Below, piece by piece: positions 45,761-53,314 of a DNA stretch of 53,314 nucleotides. The stretch comes from Amphiscolops sp. MND2022 (lineage: Eukaryota). Under the pieces are notes generated by a model. The model did not search any database and was not told the DNA's origin. It saw nothing but the letters and a program-made list of their open reading frames with translations. The position numbers and the translations under genes are program-made. Where the stretch lies: NCBI GenBank assembly GCA_964187785.1, contig OZ076418.1:54880687-54934000 (forward strand). The letters are read 5' to 3'. How positions within the stretch are numbered: position 1 is the stretch's first letter; every line of letters begins with the position of its first letter.

Positions 45761-47700
45761 TGAGAAAAAAAAGGTTGATTCCTAGCAGTTACAGACTGGT
45801 ATCAGGCCAGAGAGCGTCCCTAGAGACGGTTCCCGGTCCTCGGGACCGGCTATCCTCAGGAGGGCAAAGTGAGCTGACATCATGGTGGTTTGTCCCGGAC
45901 CATATCTATGGTACCAATTCTTCCACTCCAATGTCACGGTACAATCGCTCAGCGCTTGTCGTTACATGGAACAACAGAGGGATCGCCTTTGGGACGCTTT
46001 CCTGGCGTCCGTAATAAGAATCTGGCTCACCGGTGTCCAGCGCCAAGACAGTTTCGATTCTGCTGGAGAAAGCCAAAGTTTTGCTTCTTTTCTCATCGAC
46101 AGTACGTATTCTTGGGAGTTGGAACGGAATGGACCCAGGAAAAAAACCAGAGAAAAACTTGTGATGTTGTTGTGTGTTAAGTCATCAGCGGGTATATGTT
46201 TTGCAAGTAGTGGTCATCGTAGCACGTATCTACAGGTGTTTAGGAAAATTTTACAGCTTATTTCAGCTAATTGAGCCATGCAAGACAGCCGCAGATGGAT
46301 GGCAGAAACCATACTCCACCAGAGCGACGGAAGGGCAAAAAAGAATGTTGCAGGTCATTGTTTCCTGTTTCTCGAGGAGACGTCCGAGTTTGATGGACAG
46401 CGAGTGCAAGTGCTGACGGTGCTAATGGTCTAAACCGCAAGTCTCTAACTGGTCTGGGAGTAGAAAAATCGGCAAAAGCACGTCCTCTTTGACCAGAAGT
46501 GTCGCTCAGATTGGTAAGGGTTTGCGAAAATTTTGAAATTGCACCTTTCTTCATAGGGAATTGTTGGTGAAGGTCAATGACGTTTTTTTTGCATTGTAAC
46601 GACACCCTATTGAACGCTTTTGAGCGAAGAAGACCGAAGTTTTTGCAAAACTAGCAACTTTTGGTGTTTTCGGTGTTTTCCTTGGTTGGAGTATGTCCAA
46701 TGTACCTTTGCAAAAGATGGAGCAAGAGGAGCATCGAACCCTGAGGGAGTCGGTAGAAACCAGTGTTGACCGTTCATGCGAATTTTAGGATAATTATGTG
46801 GTGAAAAAAGTGCGAAAAATGGAGAAAAGGGCTGAAAACTTACCTAAAACCATAGATGTAGTCAGGTATAGAAGCCTGGGGAATCGATGTAACATAGTTT
46901 CTTGAGCGAAACACAACCCCAGAGATTTAGTTTTTGTTGCAAGTTTAGCTGCTTTTGGAACCGCGGATAAGCAAAAACCTTGTAATTTTGAACGTTTTAG
47001 GCCCTGTAGACCCACGATTACACAAGAGAGCTCGCGCGCTCTCATTTTGTTTCTGTTTTTGAAGTAAAAACAACGTGTGGTGGTGAAAACCGCATGTAAA
47101 AACTCCCATTCAGTGCTGATAAAAGTGGAAAAACGCACTGAATTTGACCAAATTTAAACAAAACCGGACTGTCCAATTGTTGAGGGCGGGTCATTAATTC
47201 CCGAACCACAGATAAAAAGTTGGTTCATCTTCGTTTCGAAACCATCACCAGAATAAACGTTAGTGCCGAAAATGTAGGAATCCTAGCGCCAACTAAAGTC
47301 GAGAAAAACTCTCTGACATTTTGACCTCGGAAAAATCAAAATTTTCCGAAAATATCCAAAACTGCAAGGTCGATATGGTCTCATAACTAACAGACACGAC
47401 TATTTGAAGCCCCATGGCAGTGCTGTGACTAGTGGGACAACGTGTTAACCCTACTTCGCCTGCCGTAACATTTGTGGAGTCGACCTTCTTAGACAACGTG
47501 TGAAAAAAATGTCAAAAAAGACAGTTTTTGCTAGGATATTGTCTGTACCCAGTCGGAATCCCTGGAAATCTTGTGGCAACCCACAAGCCCGGAAAATAGG
47601 CTTAGTTGGGAACTGCGCGTTCGTTGAAGCGAACAAGAGGCGTTTAGGATATTTTTTAAAATTCCTCAACGAGTGCAAAAGAAGACAAGTGGCTGGTATT

Positions 47701-50700
47701 TGTCACTCAAGGGTCGACTCTGGCTCAATATGCCGGTGAACGCTGCACACACGTAAGTACATGGAATTGAGCACCGATTTGGACTCCGAGGCTTGTCCAC
47801 TGTTTCGCCTTGGTACAGACGTGCGGTACACTTTTGTGTCAGGAGAGGTCAAAATACACGCCTATTGTACAATTTTCAAACACCGGTATGAGCTGGCGGC
47901 TCGGTTTTCACGCTAACAGCGCATCAACTAGCACCAAGCAACTCGCAACAAGCCTTAGCGAGTTTGAACGCTCTGCGGTCACTAGAATCGATGTCGAATT
48001 TCTCGAGACGTGCAGGTCTTGATTTTGAGTTAAGTCCTCACCAGAACGATCGGCAGTCACAAACCCTACAGAGTCCCCCAGACACGACGTTGGTGGTCCC
48101 TGGGCACACTAAACAACCTGGTGAGCCTGAATTAGTGGCATACGCCCTTACCCGTTATTGAACGTGACGTCCGGGTGTGGTAGTTAAAATCGGTGGCACA
48201 CTTAGTGGCGATTTTGCCCCGTACACATACGCAGTGAACGACCTCATCATGTTTTGGGCTGGCGCAGTGGCCATAGCCAAGCTGCTCAAGCGTGGCTCAA
48301 CAACACCTGTGTACAAAGTGAGCGGATCCTAGAAGTCGGTCCAAAGATACCAAAACGAGCGAAACTCTGGAGGTGAGCTCAGTTCAAGGCGATAACTCCG
48401 ATAGTGATAGTAATCTGAGCCTGCGGGAGTGGCCCACGGTGAAGTTCCTAGTGACCAGTTCCTCGTTTTCGGAAGCAATGTTTGATGAAGTTACCGCTGG
48501 GCAACAGCGAAGGAACGACCAGAAAGCCATGGCTCTCGCTCGAGACACTTTAACGATTTCGAAGGAGCTCATCTGAACCGGGCAATGAATTCAAGATACC
48601 AGAGGTGGGTTGACAACGTCACCTCAAACGGAAGGGTTCTGGTCGAATTCCAATATCACTGCCGCTAATACGATGCCTCCAAAAGAAGGGTGCTCTAGGA
48701 CACTTGATGATGCTAGCAGTCCTGGTAGCAAGAATACGGACGCCCTCCTAGGAAGCATGACGTACGTGGGTGGCGTGAACTATGCCAAATATCGCAGGAA
48801 GGCCAGTCGCACGAAGGCTTTTGGGAAGCACGAGAAGGTACGTCCACCAACATTGTGCATGCAGGACGAACTGGACCGCGACAAAGCTCAATGACCCCTC
48901 TATTGCATCCTCGCGACGATCATTGACGTTTCGCGCCGTGGATGAAGCCACAGCAGCCAGAACAGCCATCTAACAGGCTGAAGCGGAGGCGCAACGAGCC
49001 TTGGCGCGCCTGGCGGATACTCGTGCCGAATGCAATGGACAGCACAAGGTGATTACTGCTGAGCTCGAAGCTATGCAAAGCTCTGTTGAGGAGAGCCTGA
49101 GGGCAACCAACCAACAACATACTGTGCAGTCTGCAAAAGTGGATGCTATGGAATATCGCCTGGAAGGGATGAAGGACCTAATCCTTCAACGCGAGCTACG
49201 CATGGAAGTGTACATGGCTGAGCTCAACACGAACATGCACACGCTGAGCTCTGCAACCCATAGCAACGACCGGCCAAGTGTAGAGGAACCCACCACATCT
49301 GATGCTACGGAGATGCCTGTGCGCACCCCTGACCCGCCTCTGATACTGAAGGCCAGCCCCAAAACAGTGACTAAAACGACCAAAACTCCCGAGATGGCAG
49401 GCAGTCCACGAGAGTGCATGTGTGTGCACCTAACTCATTGTGCACGGTTCAGTTGCCCGCCATATTGTCACACACTCGAACCCAGGATCGAGGGGTGGAT
49501 CCTATTACTACCACTTCTTCCGTCATAGACTTAACTGATAGAAGGCCACAGCTGCATTCCAAACCAGCCGCGTGGAAGACGCCGCATATTCAACCGCTAG
49601 GGCACGGACACCCGGAACTGACTCGCTGTACCTAACTGCTAGCGAAGAGGTGATCGAGGGCAACCCTTGCGCCAGTAGCACCCGCATGAAAGACCACTTG
49701 GTGGGAGACCTCTCGGTCCAGGTCACTAAAGGCAGTCGAGATAATTCACCAGCAGTCAGCGAAGAAGGGGAGCGATCTCCCCAGAACAGCTACGGTTCAC
49801 CGCTGCGATATCCAAAGCCGCGATCTTTCCCAAGCCAAGCCAAGTGTCTAGAGAGGCTCCAAAAAGGGCTCTATTGGCGGCTGGATTCTAGTCATGCGTC
49901 GCTACCTGCAACATACGCAAACCAAAGCGACTCCAGATGATAAAACTTGGGAGCATCATCAGCCACTTGGAAGGTGAGGCTCCCAATTACATCATCAACA
50001 AGGCCGAGTCCGAATGGGACAACCCTGTGAAGGTATTCGAGTTACTAGCCAGTCGGTTTGGCACCGGAGGCAACGGGATGCAAGTGCGTCAGGCCTTTGC
50101 TACTCGACATCGATTGGAAAAAGAGGACTGGATGCAGTACTTGGACGCCTTGGAAGGACGGCGCAGTCAAGGGTTGCTTGATAAATGGATCACCACAAAA
50201 TGTTACGAAGTCGTGCAACGCTTTATTGAGAGTATTCGTGACGCTGCTCTTTGACGAGAATTTTCCAAATTCTACGCGTCTGAAGCCTCCATGACAGTCC
50301 CATCTACATTGGAATCTTTGAGGTTCACTACTAGGCAGTTGCAGCGCCAACAACCAAACAACCATCGCAACCTTATTATTCCGTCTATGCCATGAGGTCG
50401 AGGCCTCATCCATTTGAATCATTACCACAGAACAAGATGGTGTTGTAGCAAGGAGTACTGCCCCACCTCCTCCGAGTATTGCACCAGCCAACCCAGCGGC
50501 CGCATTAACTGCCGCGCGCCTGCCGCTAGGTGCCTGCTTTAACTATTGGCAAACGGGTCACTTCGCTCGCAATTGACCCACCCGAGATCAGGCCCGCAAA
50601 TTTACAGTACTGCCGGAGCCTGAGGCCGTGAAAACCACTACTGGAGATGTCGTCGAGTTTATCGCAGAGAATTGCTCCGGGGTCCGCTTTTGTGTAAGTT

Positions 50701-53314
50701 GTGACCTGGTAGACCACGTTGCATCGCAGTGTGTGGAGAATCCTGTGAGTGACGACTTTGCTTACAGCCGATGGGCAGAGGTGGAAGCAGTTGGTGCTGT
50801 TGCCCAAACTGTGCCGCTAGAGCATGATCGTGTCTTTCTGAGGGCATACCAGGTCCTCGTTGACCTAACATCCATGAAGATTGTGGTTCGCGCGACTGTA
50901 CAACGATCCGGCACCATGTCGACACTCAGGTAGGTGACCCTACTTTAGCAGTCCCCGTCGCCTTAAATCGCGACTAGGTATTGCAGCCTTTTGAACGTAC
51001 GGTTGTAAAAGCCAAGGTGGTCACTGCCGACTTGGAACCACTGATTTTTCAAAATGTAGTGTTGAACGCAGCCATTGCGGGTGCGTCGCAACAGAATGTT
51101 GTCTTTTTAGAGGACTACGTTGTCACTGTTAGTGAGACAGGTCACGTCTTTGTCAGCGTGATGAGTCTCACCAGTAACCTCCAATGCATCCGTGGCGACA
51201 CCCACCTGGGCACTGTGATACCCGTATCCCTTGTCTACAAAGCAAAACCCCAACAGCTGGAAAACCCAAAACCTAAAGTTTATGTCGATAAAGACACATT
51301 GATTTGTTCATAAAGATTGTGAGAAAATATATCTCTGCACCGACTCGCAATTTACTTCTTCGCCGGAATTTGCGTTTTTGTCTTCAACAGACCCTACCGA
51401 CCCTACTACGGGACCGGAATAGCAGCCACAGGAGGTAAAGGATTTTTGGGGTTCCGAAGCGAGCATTTCTTTATAGAACTTTCTAACTGAAATTGACGAT
51501 TTGTTCATGAAACATAAGACCGACGTTGGTCGTTGTACCATAGCCAAACACCCAGTTAAGGTGGAACCAGGTGCCATACCCCACCGTGAAGGTGCCAGGC
51601 GCATGTCCCCTTAGAAAGCAGAACGTGCTAATCAGGAAGTGCGCAAGCTGCTCGCCCTGGGAATGATTCAACCTTCACTGTCTCCCTGGGCCAGCGGCAT
51701 CGTCATGCTCAAGAAAAAGAACGGTGAGTTACGGTTTTGCTGTGACTTCCGTCCACTGAACGAGGTGAATATCAAAGACGCATACCCACTGCCTCGAATT
51801 GACGAGAGCTTAGCTTGGTTGGGCAAGGCCAAAATCTACACCAGTATTGATCTGGCTAGGGCATTATGGCAGATCCCAGTCAGAAAGGCTGATCGTGAGA
51901 AAACTGCATTTGCCTGCGAACTGGGCTCTTCGAAAGGAGACGCATGCCTTTTGGTATGTGTAACGCCTCCGCCACCTTCCAGAGACCGATACATCGAGTG
52001 CTTCACAAAATTGTGAATCAAGAAGGTAGTATGGTAATTGCATACATTGACGACATTGTGATCGCCACCGAAACCGTGGAGGACCACATGGTACGCCTCC
52101 GCGAAGTTATCCAATGCCTGCGTGAGGCAGTATTGAAGATGCCAGTTGCCAAGTGTGACTTCATTAAGTCCGAGATCAAGTACTTGGGCCGCGTGGTATC
52201 GGCAGAAGGCGTAAAGCCTGACCCCAAAGCAGTCGCAAAGCTGTGAGACTGGGATATTCCCAGCAACAAGACTGAGATGCAAAGTTTTTCGGGCTTCGCC
52301 AACTACTATCGCGAGTTCATTCCTTGGCATGCCAATCTCGTTGCTCCGCTACACCCCATCACTGGGGTGAACGCCACTTTTGCGTAGGGGGCTGAACAAC
52401 AGCAGGCCTTCAACGAAATCAAGAAAGCTCTGATCGAGGCGACTGCTCTTGCGCAGTCTGACTCGGAATGCGAATTTGTGCTGAACAATGACGCCAGTGC
52501 TGAGGCGATTTCCGGTATTTTGCACCAGTGGCAAGATCCCCAAGGAGAACGACGTCTTTGTCCTTCACGGCAGCAAAAAACTAACTGCAATGCAAGCAAA
52601 ATATGGAGCTTCCAAGTTGGAGCTGTACGCTGCCTACCACTTCATTGTTAAAAATCACAGCTATTTGTGCCCCCGGAAGTTCACCCTGAAAGTAGCCAAG
52701 CACTCTCGTGGCTGAAAACATATTCCACCGATCAGGCGCTCATTGGATTGGTCGTTGAATAATGGCACATGAAAATCCACTTCCGCTTCGAACGCAGCCC
52801 GCGAACACAGCTTCGCTATGCCGAGGGATTATCGAAACGGACCAGCGACTATCGTTGGCGAGAACAACAGCTGCAAAAGCTACCAACTGTAGCAGAGCGC
52901 TGGAACTCCTTGTCTCAAGAGGAGTATGCGCAATTGCCCACTGCACCTTGGTTTGACGTGCAGAGTAGGGTGATACCCAACCACCCTGACTTACCTTCGC
53001 ACTTGCGTCATGTTCCAGCCACTCCTCCCAGTATGATCCAGCGTCTTATTCGTCGCACGCAACGAACCAAGCGACGAGAATAAGAGAAAGAGGCTCGGCA
53101 GGGTCCACTGCCGGCGCCTGCCACAGCTGTATTGCACGGTCACGAAGATTTTTATCTCCAGAATGCCCTTAACAACATCAAACAGCCAATGCTGGCCATT
53201 CGAGACCTGAGCACTGATCTCCAAGAACATGCCCACTATGTCCACGTCATTAAGGACTTGGTGTTAGCCCAAAACCGGGATGTCCACGTGATGGCCCTCA
53301 AAAAACTGGTCAAT
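47701..53314 (+). mobile_element. Decayed Gypsy/Ty3 retrotransposon running off the window end; left boundary tentative
   Basis: Gag (SHLEGEA...LLASRFG), knuckles CFNY..TGHFARN and CVSCDLVDHVASQC, RT (FCCDFRPLN, DAYPLPRID, YIDDIV), RNase H (YGASKLELYA, HYAEGLSK-like). Possible LTR start TGTCAC at 47701 is unconfirmed. Confidence 0.85.

Noticed and set aside
46794-47138. P-loop GTPase or ATPase remnant (GSTGPKT, CYIDSPG) and an RT-like SKAFNRV near 46600
   Set aside because: Motifs are incomplete, in different frames, and lack supporting downstream motifs.
48070-48380. PBS candidates for the right-hand Gypsy (TGGTGGTCCC, TGGTGAGCC, TGGAGGT)
   Set aside because: Three alternatives and no second LTR in the window to decide between them.
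1-53314. rRNA, tRNA, prokaryotic operons; most short ORFs in the track
   Set aside because: No such signatures seen. The short ORFs are antisense or off-frame shadows of TE coding regions.

Overview
This is eukaryotic, animal-like DNA with spliceosomal introns. It consists almost entirely of decayed, nested transposable elements and has two assembly gaps (7709-8699, 31527-31726). The ORF track uses GTG/TTG starts, so many of its N-termini are artefacts. The only clear host gene is the first exon of a pirin (9169-9379, minus). The most notable feature is a 3-exon gene at 2050-6311 that reconstructs to one ~1,100-aa protein: PR-Set7-like SET domain, several Zn fingers, a tyrosine recombinase with catalytic residues retained, and an acidic tract. 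It is broken only by one extra A in a homopolymer, and clusters of a repeated inverted motif lie in intron 2 and just before the gap. The second pattern is SGNH-esterase-like ORFs lying immediately upstream, on the same strand, of the first ORF of three different retroelement classes (CR1 LINE, Gypsy, BEL/Pao); the Gypsy case is demonstrably between the LTRs. Also present: a near-complete CR1 with nested insertions, a BEL/Pao split in three by a Gypsy (5-bp TSD) and an I/Jockey-group LINE, two hAT elements and three MITEs with TSDs, REL-endonuclease LINE fragments, a Polinton-type ATPase fragment, a Kelch pseudogene, an 897-bp dispersed duplication, a ~2.5-kb tandem duplication, and a second Gypsy running off the right end. 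No CRISPR, rRNA or tRNA is supported. All alignments and identities were judged by eye.
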